A stretch of DNA of 63,808 nucleotides, the filler included, from Octopus bimaculoides (Eukaryota): assembly GCF_001194135.2 (NCBI RefSeq). It is 6 parts of 5 records of this genome, joined end to end, with 100 filler letters (N's around TTAATTAATTAA, not from the genome) between each part and the next. Parts side by side here need not be neighbours in the genome. Positions count along the whole stretch, not along the records: positions 1 to 29,412 come from NC_068985.1; 5 more parts are not named here. One strand, 5' to 3'. How positions within the stretch are numbered: the first letter of the stretch is position 1; each line of letters opens with the position of its first letter. The translations under genes were made by a program, and so were the position numbers. The notes beneath the pieces are model-generated. The model had not been told where the DNA came from, made no database searches, and saw only the letters and a program-made list of their open reading frames with translations. This document shows positions 12,805-26,000 of the stretch, piece by piece.

Positions 12805-14038
12805 CATTATTATTATTATTACTAGTAGTAGTAGAATCGTAGTAGTAGTATCCGATTCACAAAGCACTTGATGAAAATATGTAATTGAAGGCACTGCTTT
12901 TTCAATGTCGTTCGGATATACGAGAAATACATTTTCTTTTTCTTAGAGAGAAATATTAAAACCGTTTAGTTCATGCGAATTCTATTTTATCGTCTTTCAT
13001 ATTCAATGACATAATAAAATTTGGCAACAATACCACACTCTCTTGAAATATGAATATATATTTTACGATAAGTCGTGAGAATCTCTTTAAAATACTATTT
13101 TTCTTTAATGGAAGAACTACACTGTCAATTTATATTAGCATATTTCGATAAAAATTACATAACTAGGAGACAATTTCGAATTTTCCGATTTCGATTTATT
13201 CATTCTAACACTCTATTGTATTTGGCTACTTTCCTGTAGCTGAGTTTGTTTGTTCTTCTCATCGTGCATCCAGTCATATACCAATAGAAAGAATCTATGG
13301 AAAAAAATATTTCGTTCGGTGCGATATTTCGTCTTTTTCAGCACCAGAAATTTGATAGCTGTGGATCAACAGTAATAGATGAAGACAACTACAAAATTAT
13401 ATACTGGTTGTTCTAGAAAAACTGTATGAAAATATCGACAGCAAAATTTACCACACCATCTAAAGCTATTTGTGCCGCTTGTCCGCTTTTGAACGTCCCT
13501 GTCACCATTGGAGTGTTTCCTGAAGCAATAGCCATAATCAGGTCTGAATATGATTAACTTACCAGAGATACTAACCGCAAATCATCTCAAGAGTTATATA
13601 AATTATCTTTCTCTCTCATTTGCCTTCATCTTGTTCTCCTTACCCTTTCGTGGTATACACACATTATGAAGACGATACATGCGTTTATACTGTTCCACAC
13701 TTTGATGTTGTATCTTTTAGTTCATTGATGTGTGATCAATCATAACAGACGCGGTCCTTGTTTCTCAGGGCTCTGGAATGGGACATTTGTCACTGCATGT
13801 ATCGATTTCCAGTTCAGTAACAATATCTGAAATTAAATAAAGAAAATATTTGATCTATAACATACTTTTATTTCATCATTAAGATAATTGAATTTATAAC
13901 ATAAATTTCGATATCGGTGATATAAATACCCCGTGATAATTGTTTTAAATCAACGTAATATGTAGTGACTTCGAAAAACGGGAGAGGAAAACTTCCTCTC
14001 AACATTTGAAATTGCAATAACTGGCCGGTTATTCTAAG

Positions 14039-14100
14039 GAATTCTCGGTCCGGTGTTCGGGGTGATTGCAGCCCTTATCAGAGTGTATTTTATCTGCTTT
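14039..14100 (+). other. Candidate transmembrane-coding exon (speculative)
   Basis: ag|GA ATT CTC... translates to GILGPVFGVIAALIRVYFICF, then gtaaca. Splice sites are weak and there is an Arg inside the hydrophobic stretch. Confidence 0.15.
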
Positions 14101-14230
14101 GTAACAACATTGGAGCAGTTTAGTTCCTGTTTCTAGCAATGTAGGTGTTATTCACACCATTACTTAAGTTTAGTCGGCGACTATAATTTTCCTGTACGGT
14201 ATAACGTTTCAAAAAAGCTGTTATTATTAG

Positions 14231-14273
<43 letters not shown>

Positions 14274-15813
14274 ACTTACTCATCATGGAATTATACCTAA
14301 TACTGATTTTCTCTTGTTTTATTTTAATTTCGGTGGTATTATTCATTAGTCTGTTGTGCTCAGAATTTATACCGGTCAAGAGGTCACATTTAACATCTAA
14401 CTTATCAGAAAAATAGTTTCTTTAATGCACATATTATGGACCCTGTGCAAACGTATATGCTACACTGTGGAATAAAAGATATAAACCCCATTTGTAACGC
14501 TTCGTGTTTTGAGATATCGCATTGTTTAATGCTCACAAATGTTCTTTGGAAATTATTCACAACTGAACTAGCTTCCATTAATCTATCGTGGAAAGAGTTG
14601 CTTATATGTTAGTGACAGATTTAAAAATTGCATAGTAGTCAGAAATGATTATCTTATCTACATTACTGCAATCAATTTGTTATAACATTATTTACCTGCT
14701 ATATTTACAGAAATTATTCAGCCTCCTTCACAAAATATAGATTGCTGTAATATATAATCTGCAGTTATCGAATACTCTGTATTTTAGGCATTATTTAATT
14801 TAAATTCGTAATGTTATTTTGTTTACCACATAATGACAATGTAAAAGTCCAATACCTATTTATATCGCAAAATGTCGTCTTGAAAGTAAAAAATAATTTT
14901 TTGTTCTGTGTTCCACACCATAATTTAAAACGTAAACATTTCGAGAAATTCCCATTTGTAAACTGAACAAAAGTAATGGGCATAAAGGAAAGAGCAGAGA
15001 CTGTTATATATTTAATGATCTGGAACAATACTCAAAGTAACTCAAGTTTTGACTTGTAATATAAAACTCATAAATAAAAGTGGAAATTACAGAAATATGA
15101 ATCGATAAAAATAATAACAAAAAAGGTTTTGTTTTTACTTCGGAAATGGTGAATAAACACCATCTGCTTTAAAAAGTTGAGAATCTTCCAGATGCTTCTT
15201 TAGTAGTTACTGCTAATATTTTAAGAACTACTAATCTTTTAGTACAGCGTATTATTTTTTCCCATTTTTTATCTAAAAATAGTATCACATCAAATAGATA
15301 AAAAATATGTCTGAAGTCAATAATGTTTGCAATTATGCCCTTTCCTTAAGGGTAGTACATTGGTTATTTGTTGAATTCTTTTCTTTCTTATTTTTTCAAC
15401 TAATAACTGCTATATTAATAGAGGACAAACATTGCACACGTGACAGATTGAGAAAAATACAAGATTGTTGTTTCAACACCTAGTTATTTTCAATTGTATA
15501 TTTTACGATTATTTAAGTAAAACGCAATTTCATTTCTAATTCCTATGATAGATAAACTGTGATATGTAAACAAAAATTGTCTGGTATGATTTACAGAAGA
15601 ATGAATAAGGATATTGCTAATCGAATTTTGCTTTCAAAAACCCTGAATAGGCTTCAATCAATAGAAACTATACCTGAAATATAAATGCGTCTCAACAATT
15701 GATCTAACACGGCTTTATCTCATAATATATTCTGCAGCCAGAATTGATATATTTATATTATTAAATGTTTTTGATACGTGCAAGGGAGGTTTAGTGAAAG
15801 AATTGTAATATCG

Positions 15814-16190
15814 TGGAGCTCCGTCGGTTACAACGACGAGGGTTCCAGTTCATCAGATCAACGGAACAGCCTGCTCGTGAACTTAACGTGCAAGTGACTG
15901 AGCGCTCCACTGACACGTGCACAGTTAACATTGTTCTCTGGGAGACTCAGCGTGATACAGAGTGTGACAAGACTGGCCCTTTGAAATACAGGTACAACAG
16001 TAACAGGAAGAAACACTGAGAGAAAGTCGTGGTGAAAGAGTACAGCAGGGTTCAAATCCAACCCTTGTCGGAGCCTCGTGGAGCTCTAGGTATTTTCACT
16101 CAGTATATTCTCACAACGCCCGGTCTGGGAATCGAAACCACGATCCAACAACCACGAGTCTGCTACCTCCACTACTGGGTCATTGCGCCT
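15814..16190 (-). mobile_element. tRNA-derived SINE, family C, full length
   Basis: Reverse complement of the 16999-17368 copy along its whole length. B-box-like GGTTTCGATTCCC and 3' end CTCGTCGTTGTAACCGACGGAG. Confidence 0.88.
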
Positions 16191-16303
16191 TCACTACTGT
16201 AAGATACATATATATCATATATCTTTTAGATGTTTCATCTATTAGACACCGACCATGATACGACACTGACTCCAGGATTATTTAAACGAATGAATAGATT
16301 TCA

Positions 16304-16400
16304 GTACTTAATCTATCCATTTTTTGCCGAACCGCTAAGATACATGCAAGATAGGGGGACGTAAACAAACCAACATTTGTTATGAAGTGGTGCTGGGAGA
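16304..16400 (-). mobile_element. SINE family B, internal 3'-half fragment
   Basis: TTTTGCCGAACCGCTAAG...GGGGACGTAAACA matches the copy at 42441-42616. Confidence 0.7.
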
Positions 16401-16998
16401 CACACACTGGCAGAAATACACACTCACACATACACACACACGCGAACACATGCAGACACACGCACACACGTGCACACCCGTACATACGCACACATCTCTC
16501 TCTCTATATATTGATATACATAAGTTTATATTGGGGTAGACAACTTGTAGTATGCTGTTTAAAAGAGAATACATTTAATAGACTTCGCGAAGTCGTATTT
16601 CCGAAATTGAATTCATGAGTTACACAGCTGTTCACGGCTACTTTGTCATAGATATTTTTTCTTTATTCTTCTTTACTGAATAAATAATTAGTAGTGGTCA
16701 TTTGAATACAGCTTCTAAACGTAGTCATTTCTGATCAACATTTACTTAGCTTTATGTTTCTTTCTTTGCACATGCGTATGGTATCTATCGATATTGTTTA
16801 TAATCTAATTTCTTTCTGAATATTCTGTGAAAATCAGAAATTCCATAAATGAATATTAAATATGTGCGGGGCCAGATAGCACTTTTCCTCCCGCTTGAAG
16901 TTTCTGTAGTTTAAAGTTCGTTGTGGATTGTGGAAACACGTTACTTGCGCTATGGTAGGAAGACTATTATTATTTTTAGTTTACCCAGAAAGAGTTTC

Positions 16999-17368
16999 GC
17001 CAGGTGGTCAGGGCAGCGGACTCGTGGTTGTAGGATCACGGTTTCGTTTCCCAGGCAGTGCTTTGTGAGTGTTTATTGAGTGAAAACACCTAAAGCTCCA
17101 CGAGGCTCCGGCAGCGGTTGGTGGGGAACCCTGCTGTATTCTTTCACCGCAAATTTCTCTCATTCTTTCTTCCTATTTCTGTTGTAACTGTGTTTCAGGG
17201 GCCATCCTTGTCACACTCTGTGTCATACTGAATCGTCCGGCGAACTACGTTAACGGTACACGTGACTGTGGAGTGCTCAGCCAATTGCTCGTTAATTTCA
17301 CGAGTAGGCTGTTTCGTTGATCAGATGAAGTGGAACCCTCGTCGTCGTAACCGACGGAGTGCTACGAT
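16999..17368 (+). mobile_element. tRNA-derived SINE, family C, full length
   Basis: GCCAGGTGGTCAGGGCAGCGGACTCG head through GGAACCCTCGTCGTCGTAACCGACGGAGTG. Confidence 0.88.
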
Positions 17369-17665
17369 CTAGAAACTGAACAGAGGCTGTCATATTTTTA
17401 CAACCGTCATATATAATCAGCATTGTTCTGGGATTTTTATTTAATAAACATCGAATTTAAGGCTACATATTTTTTTAAGGTTGCAGGTTATTACCATGAT
17501 GTATGGGATGTTTGGATTCTTTCCTGTCAAGACCCAGCGTATGTTTTATATAATTCATCCAAAATGCCCTTTTAGCATTTGGAGAACTAGAATAAAAAAT
17601 CAACTTCTCTCATGGACATTAATCCCAATCTCTTGAAAGAGAAAGCTGGCAAGTCGGTAATATAG

Positions 17666-17746
17666 CACAAGTTACGCAAAAGGAGGAGTGACGGTGAAGA
17701 CCCGAACACGTTGACAGATCTCCCCGAGGAAAACAAGTATATCAAC
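17666..17746 (+). other. Candidate 81-nt phase 0/0 exon (speculative)
   Basis: atag|CAC...AAC|gtaagg encodes HKLRKRRSDGEDPNTLTDLPEENKYIN. Strong donor, weak acceptor. Confidence 0.25.
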
Positions 17747-17844
17747 GTAAGGTAGTACTTCATTGTCTCAAGATTTCTCTGCAAATATTCGAAGCAGTGA
17801 AGTTGACGTAATTAAAAAGATAAAATGATCTAATGGGAAATATC

Positions 17845-18047
17845 CTTTTGTAATCTAGGCACAAGACCCGAAAATTTGATACGGAACCTGTCATTTAGAT
17901 CGACTCCAATACACAAGTGGTACTGAATTTATCGACCCCGAAAGGGAAAGTCGATCTCGGCTGAATTTGAACTGAGAACATAAAGACAGATGAAATACCG
18001 ATAAGAGTTTCGCCAGGTGTGTCAACGTTTCTGCCAACACTTCGCCT
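17845..18047 (-). mobile_element. SINE family A
   Basis: Reverse-strand match to the family A core and head. Confidence 0.85.
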
Positions 18048-18064
18048 GTATAATGGGAGATATC

Positions 18065-18258
18065 CTTTCTACTCTAGGCACAAGGCCCGAAATTTTGGGG
18101 GAAAGGGCTAGTTGATTATACAACTGGTACTTAATTTATCGACCTCCAGAGGATGAAAGCTAAATTCGACCTCGGCGGAATTTGAACTTAGAACGTAAAG
18201 TCAGACAAAATACCGCTAAGCATTTCTCCCAGTGTGTCAACGTTTCTGCCAGCTCGTC
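18065..18258 (-). mobile_element. SINE family A (tandem partner of the preceding copy)
   Basis: Reverse-strand match, with a different internal deletion from its neighbour. Confidence 0.85.
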
Positions 18259-18997
18259 GACTTTATAAAGGGAAATATCTGCTACATATATACACATCAA
18301 GTAGCTGCACGAACAATTTCATAAAAACATAAAGCTTTCAGCACGGACCTATACGGGCCGAAACTTATCAAATTTATCGTAGTTATTAAAGTGAAAACGG
18401 TTTTTTTGTTTACACTATAAAAAATATAATACACATACTCAATAAGGAAATAATTTTAACCTGATTGGTTACTACAGCATACTTGTAATTAAAAGTTTTA
18501 GATTAAATCTTTCTAAAATATTCCTTTTTGTTTTTTATATTAAAAAAAATCATTCGACAAGAGGTGTTCCAACCTACGCCTTTAGTGACAATAAAGTCCC
18601 AATAATTATTTTCATTTTACAGTGTTAGGAATTCGTGCTAATAATTTTGTCGCCGAAATATTTTTTATTGCACAAAATTATTATGATACTTAATGCAATG
18701 ACGGCATTAAGAAATGCTAATTTTATTTGTATTCATGTTAGAATTGATAACTAGTTTATAACCTTGATATTCGTGAGCAACTTTAGTTGTTAGCGTTCCA
18801 ATGAATGCATTTGCTATATATAGACGAGTGATTTTCCACTAATAGCAATAACAATATTAAGAATATCTGATTACTTCGAATATCGGGAATCAGACAGTTT
18901 TTGGAGAAATGCCTGCATTTAAGAAATTAAGCAACAGCTTCCAGTCATCACATACACGCACACACAGGTGCACACACACACACACGCATGTGTTTAT

Positions 18998-19067
<70 letters not shown>

Positions 19068-20800
19068 TGTATATATCATAACAATCTTATTGACAATGAC
19101 TTCGAAGCTTCGACCAGAGAAGCCAAGCCCGGGCGGCGATGCATTTAAATGAATCTTGGCTTTATATAGTCCCTGTTGAGTTAAAAACTTGCTCTCCAGA
19201 ACAACCCACACTAAAACTAATTACCAATTCACTCAATCACACCTCCTGGAGGATGTTTTTAACTCAGTAATTCTCTGTCAAAAATATTCTTATTTAAGCA
19301 TAATGAATTTGTATTATACAAAAATATAGAGTAACCCATAAGATTAATATAAAATTCTCTCATTATAAAACAATATAAAAGCAATCAGTAACACACACAC
19401 ATAAGCATATATGAGTATATATGTATTTTTTTATGTATTTGTATATGTTTGACTGTGTGTGTGATGTCTCCAACGTTGTTATATTATTTTTCATACTTTG
19501 AAAAACATAACAAGAATTTCCCTTCCAATATGAATCACTGCTTATTCGATTCCAAAGCATGGAGCATCGCTAGTATTCGTTATTTTGTGTAGAATACCTC
19601 TTTAGAATATTATAGGAAATGCGATAATACCCCTGAGAGCTCTGCTCCATTTCAGCATTATTAATTATAAGGCGAACAATATGTGTATTTTTAAAAATCA
19701 TACACTTTTCAATTCGGCTATTTAACTAATTTCATTTCTTTGCTCTTCAGTTCACCTCTGTTTAATGTTGTACACTTTTGGTTATGTTCTGCTGATTTGT
19801 TGTACGCTATGACCGTGTTCTGCATACATAGTGATACCAGGTGCGAAAATAGAATACTAAAGTTCCGTATTATTTTCCAATTGATATTTTCCTTCAATTA
19901 GTTGATATTCGTTAGATACACATATGTAGAACTGGCTTCCTAAGGTTTTGGGTTTCCATTTGTACATATTACTAAAACTTCTCTCAGACAAACATGCAAA
20001 ATGCAATGTAATATTTGAGTTTGAACTGAGGACGACGTTGTTCATTTTGGCCACTGATATATTTTATTAATTCTTCATAATAATCTCATTTCAAATATAT
20101 GTTCCCTCAACAGCCTATTGTAGCTTTAGAGGCAATAAAAATATAAGAGAGCGTCGACACAACAGTATTCTAATAATTATCGTCATTTTGATCCGCTTAG
20201 GTCTTCTTAACTTTCAATTATTCGGACTATAAAACAAGTAACTGCTGAATATTTGGGTCCATGAAATCGACTACCACACTCCACCCAAAATTCCAGGCAT
20301 GCCCCTTTAGTAGAAAAAGTAGAAAGGATTATCATAATTTTCGTCATTTTCTTTAATACCGAACATACATACCATAATAATATACTTAAGTCGGATGTAG
20401 TTAATTTTGGAGAGAAACAGTTTTCTCAATTACAATAATTTTTCAGTGTTTTTTTCCTAAATGAATGACGGCAACTAACTGAATGTTGAAGATGCATGCG
20501 AATATTTTAATATACTTCACCATTTTGTGCTGTGTGCACTATTTATTGCACAAACCAATTTTGCATGTGTCGTCCACATTTGTTTTACACTTCTATAATC
20601 AATTTATACTGCTGCCTTGCTGAAGAATTTTCGTCATACGAATCGACTCCAATACTTATCATTGTTAAATTTAATACATATTCCGTCACTTTCTTCTGAC
20701 GATCCGCTGAGTTATGGATACATAAACACACCAACATTGGTTGTAAAGCAGTAGCCATAATAGACACGCGCGCATGCGCGCACACATATACGCATGTAGA

Positions 20801-20968
20801 TATATACGACCGACTTCTTTAATATTCTGTCTACTAAATTCACTCACAAATGTTTTGTCGTTCCGAGGTTATAATAGAAGACACCTGTCGTATGAGACAC
20901 TGAGTGGGCTAAACCCAGAACCAAGTGTTTTGGCAACCAATTTCTTAACACCAATTCATAACTGTGCC
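20801..20968 (-). mobile_element. SINE family B, 5' half (diverged)
   Basis: Reverse-strand similarity to 9031-9170. Confidence 0.6.
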
Positions 20969-21059
20969 ATTTGTGAATTTTCTCAATTTTACATTCCATG
21001 ATATCAAATGCGACTGCATCAGACCAGCCTCTGCTTTGTGTCCATTTCTCTAGCTTCAA

Positions 21060-21720
21060 ATTTAAACTTAACTACCACTGCAATGCACTCGTTTACCGTT
21101 GCACCCGTCTTAATTATAATTCTATAGTGTTTTTCACAAAATTTCGGAATTGACATGTGTCAAGACTTTCTTCTAGCTACACATTCTGCAGGATTATAAA
21201 TCTCACTTTTCTATCAAATTCGTTCTATTCATACTTTCCTGGCTGGTTACAATTAGCGATTCAGTATTTCTTGTCAAATCCTTTTCATTTAGTCAAAACT
21301 AACTATCTTCGTTTCCAAATTTCTCGAGATTTTGGATGAATTGGATTTGTAATTCCTTTTATTTCCAATTATTTCTCCAGCCGTTCCTATTTCAACTCTC
21401 GTTTCGTCTTCTGTATGATTTCTCGTCGCATAAACTTTTCTTTCTACTCTAGGGAATAGATAGTTATTGAAATCTCAAATGGCATCTTTGAAGTTGATTT
21501 CTACGTTTAAAATTCCCCGCTTACTTAATAGAACCTGTCAATATTACTTTAAAATCACACGTGTAATACTTGTTGCACTGATGTCTTGTTCTCTTATCGA
21601 ATCCCTTGTAACTGTGCCTATATCCTATTTTAGAAAACAAACAGGTGATACTCAAAACCGGCATCACCATAGTATTGAATCAAATGCGGATGTTACCTGC
21701 AGCTTCTTATATGTCTAAGT
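21060..21720 (-). mobile_element. Old R4/Dong-like LINE fragment (RT thumb to zinc knuckle)
   Basis: Broken frames give SNIDRFY, KDLTRNTESLIVTSQE and CRMC motifs typical of this clade. Confidence 0.65.
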
Positions 21721-22719
21721 ATTTAACTAACACTTACAGTCTTTGGTAACATTTTTTTCTCATATTATGTTCCATTACCTTATATCCTTATTGCACCACA
21801 CACTGTTTTAATTACTGATACAATGATTTAGATGAAACATAACACAAGAAAATATAAAAACTAAAATTTTCTTTGATTTTATTAGCAGTCACATATTCAT
21901 TAGAAATGGCGTATCATTTGACGTAAGTTACATATATTATGAATCATCCTTCAGTATTTCGTTACCGTCCATTAGGAGAACATCTTAATTTATTGACTGA
22001 TTAGACAATGCCACCTCTGTGAGATTTTGAATCTTACTATGCTACAATAATTTCTGGCTGGGCCTCACCTTTGTTGATATATTCCTAAACTCTGTGTCCT
22101 TGAAATGGTCCTGCAAACTGCTCATTATTTCTTAGTAAAATCGTTCAATATTAAAAATGTAACTCAGCCTGTTCCCAAATCTTGTAAACGATTTTAGACA
22201 ATCTCACTCATTTCACAAATGAAAATATATTAATATAGCAATGACTTTTGGGCCTTTAGATAATACATAAGTCCTTCTAGTACGAAAATAGAGTAAAACA
22301 ATCTACAGGAATATTAAAAACGTCTCGAAGGGTAATAGCAACCATTAACATGAATAACAGCCATTAATAAAATGAACAATATGATCAAATTTCATTATAT
22401 ACTGTTTTGTTGTAAAAAGAAATAAATCTGTACACATCATTCATATCCCAAAATAACATATATCATCCGGTCGGTCAAAATGTTGTATTTTGTAATAAAT
22501 GTAAATGATCTCATATGAGAATAATAAATATTAAAACTGTCTGTTAAAGATTTTCTGAGAAAAACAAATGAGGTATCCATATTAATCTTTAAAATATTTT
22601 CATGTTTCTGTTATTTTCTTATTCTATTCAAGTTCAGGTCTTCAACATTTCATAATACAACACATTTGACTAAGATAATTAGTCTATCTCTTGGTTTAGT
22701 TTCGTGTTAAAGATTTATG

Positions 22720-23090
22720 TAGGTAGATGTAGGTTTACTGATGTCTGATGAGTAACAAGCACAGAAGGCATATATTTTAGGGGTTTTCTGTACCTCTTCA
22801 TTTGTAGCCTACTATCAAATTGACCAGAGGAGAGTTGGTCATACCGCTGTGTCTTCAGCAGTGTTGCTTCGATACTGGTAACTTTCACTTACTCGGGTCT
22901 CGCCTTAAGTGACAAAGTCACTCCAGTGGACACGTTGATTATTTGAATATAGTTTTGATGGAATCATCCAATGTGATACTGATAAATGTTACGCGACTCA
23001 GAGCCGCACAAACAAATGAGTAGTACGAACGGCTGCTCTGCATACACTGATCTTCGTCTCATTCTTCAGAAGGTTATTGTTCCAGATTCC
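22720..23090 (-). mobile_element. RTE (BovB-like) LINE fragment
   Basis: GIWNNNLLKNETKISVCRAAVRTT, CGSES and VTSIEATLLKTQ in broken frames. Confidence 0.7.
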
Positions 23091-26000
23091 TATACAGACT
23101 GTCGAATTCACATAAATTGAAAGAACGCATGAATTTAATCTGATATATAAATTTCTATACAATTTGTTTGTTGCGTCTATAATATATCATGTATAATTGT
23201 TGCAAAATTATATTCTATATCGAACAATTTTAGTTGAATATCATCATAACTCAGACGAGATCGGCAAAAATGGGGAAGGCTATCAAATTATTTAGTGAGA
23301 TATTGAAAGTTTGAGATATTGGAGTATACATTACAACTAGTTAATCGACATTCAAATTAATATCAACTTCAGCATCAAAGACGATTGCAAGGACTGTATA
23401 ACGATTCTCATCTTCATTATTCATCATATGTTAATCAATGTTATGTTATTATTGCAAATGTGCAATAGAGATCGTCAATTAGAATATGAATATCTGGAGG
23501 CCAAATAGTGTGTTACGTACTCAAATATGCCTAAGTATAACCATCACTATCTTCTCACCCAAATCACATTGGAGCTCGGTTCTCCACTCCAATTTTGTTT
23601 CGCCTTGCGTACTCGCGCAAGCACACCCATGTAAAGTGAGATATCAGATGCATGAGTACATATATAATAAACATCGTAGACGTTACTTCAAAACAGCATC
23701 GTTTCATCTTTAACAAAAAAAATACACTATCGATATTAACCCAGTATTCTCTCGCAAAGGATGAAGATTGTCTATGGATAGAATTGAAAATTAATTCAAA
23801 AATACTACATGTTTTGGCATATATGTCCAAGTATACGGTACCATTATTTATCTATCATAGCAATTTTTGTCGAACGCCATACTTAATATCGCCTTGAAAT
23901 TAACAAAATAAAATGTATATGTAAAGGATCATAAGAGATTAAATGAAGCCTGTCTTTCGACTTAAGCAGGTTTAATCCTTGATATGCTTCAAATAATATT
24001 TCACAAATCTGTGTTGATTTATTTATATCTGAAATGTCTAATAGAATTGAAACTATAAGCTTAAGGAAGGAAAAACCGTAACACCTGTCCAGAAACTTCT
24101 TTATCTGACTCGTGTTTATTTATCTCAATATTGTGGGGGCACAGATTGGCTCGACATAAAACAGTAATGTCAGTGTCTAAGGATTAGAATGTAAACGTAG
24201 TTTAACATTATAAAGTAACTTTCAAATAAAATCAGGATCCGTAACTGAAAACATATTCGCACAAGACTATCGATTCATATGCAAATAATAGGGTCATAGC
24301 TTCTTAATCTAAGAAATATTAAAAAACACCACTATGATGATAGCAGAAGATTCAGACGGGTGTTAAGATCATTAATATTACGATATCTTGCCATGCTGAA
24401 ATATATTGCAACTCTGACACTGGGCTCTGGACAGCTGTTTGGACTCTAACAGTTTGACGATAGGATGTGAGCGAAACTTGAAATTCACATCCACGATGGA
24501 ATTTTTTCTACAGCAATATTGAATCCAATTTCAGTATCCATTAACTGTTGTAATCATTTGAGTTTTAGGAAAATCAATTTCAAATACTACACTGATAACC
24601 ATAAACTCTTCACCATTTGGTTAAATTATTCTTTACAGTTTTTTAACACTTTAATTGTGAGTAATTTAATAGTGAATGTTACTTAATTTATTTTTAAAAG
24701 CAGCATTTAGGTAGAGTAAGACATATATATCATTTATACGAATAAGATGTTAATTACTGGTATTTGGATTAGATAAATAAGGAATTGAAATGAGAGTTAT
24801 CTTACAACGAATTAACTTACAAATGAGAATTAACTCATACGATTTAAGGGAAGCTGCATGCAGGGCATTACATAATGTCATAAATGAAGTATATGTGAAA
24901 TGAGAGACAATAACGGTAGTGTTGCGAAAGATATAAAAGACATAGCACAGTTCTGTAACATTCGGAATCATAATGGAGATATAATGAGTTCTGTTGATTA
25001 TAATATATAAACCAGAAATAACTTTTATTGTCTGGCAATGCTATAAATATGTTATGAAATATCCAATTATGAAACAAAGCATTCCTGAATTTATGAGCAA
25101 TTCGTTAACGTATTGTAAATTAGACAGTACCATGATATGTCAGTGTCTAATTTCTCTGCGCACGATTTATTTCGAACTATATATAGCATTTTTTCATGAA
25201 ATTATGAGAAATATTAAGAATCGCAATGTTTTCTTTTCCTTTCATTGATAATACTTTAGAGTGCTACGCTTTATCACCATGGCTGTTTTGAAATGTTTTA
25301 AATTGCTCTTATATACGACTTCATCTGCATTATTGTATTAAATTTGCAATAATTTATACAACCATAACTTTACTTAATATTGGCTTTACATAATATTAGC
25401 TTTATTTAATAATATTAGTTTTACATGATATTAGCTTTATTTACTAAAATAACAACTGATGTTTCCAAAAATGTTTACATGTGACGATATAATATAAGTA
25501 GCGTAATTCTCAGTTAAATGCATGCATATATGCATACATAACTCACATTCATGCATACATAAACACACACACGCACATATTTAAATGTTTCGAAGAATAA
25601 TAAACGCGAGTCAATTAAGAGAATTATTTCAGCTATTGGTAAATAGTAAATATGCCTCTGATATACAACGTAGTATCAGAAATATAATGTGACTAGCGCA
25701 CGTGTTGATCGACAGAATATATTTATACAATGTTTCTCGCCAGCTGAAGGACTATTGAAATGAATTTGCCTCTTACATAATCCATAAAGTTAAATAGATA
25801 AAATATGCTTATACAGTGCTCATTATATAACTAATAGACTTGAATATAAATATCGTTAGATATTTGCAATCATGAATTCCTAAACTTAGCTCTATATTAT
25901 ATCATGCGGGATAATTCTACATCCTTCTCCATATCTAAAATGGATCGGGAAATTTTATTCATACAAGCGTAGGTAAATGTTAAGTCAGATCTCGTAGGTG

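Noticed and set aside
11526-12894. Long poly-L/I/N/Y ORFs here, and similar VC-, TH-, YI- and LS-repeat ORFs throughout
   Set aside because: These are translations of microsatellites and N runs.
13340-13830. Splice-like sites on both strands around short open frames
   Set aside because: Frames contain stops, one implied intron is only ~19 nt, and there is no recognisable protein motif.
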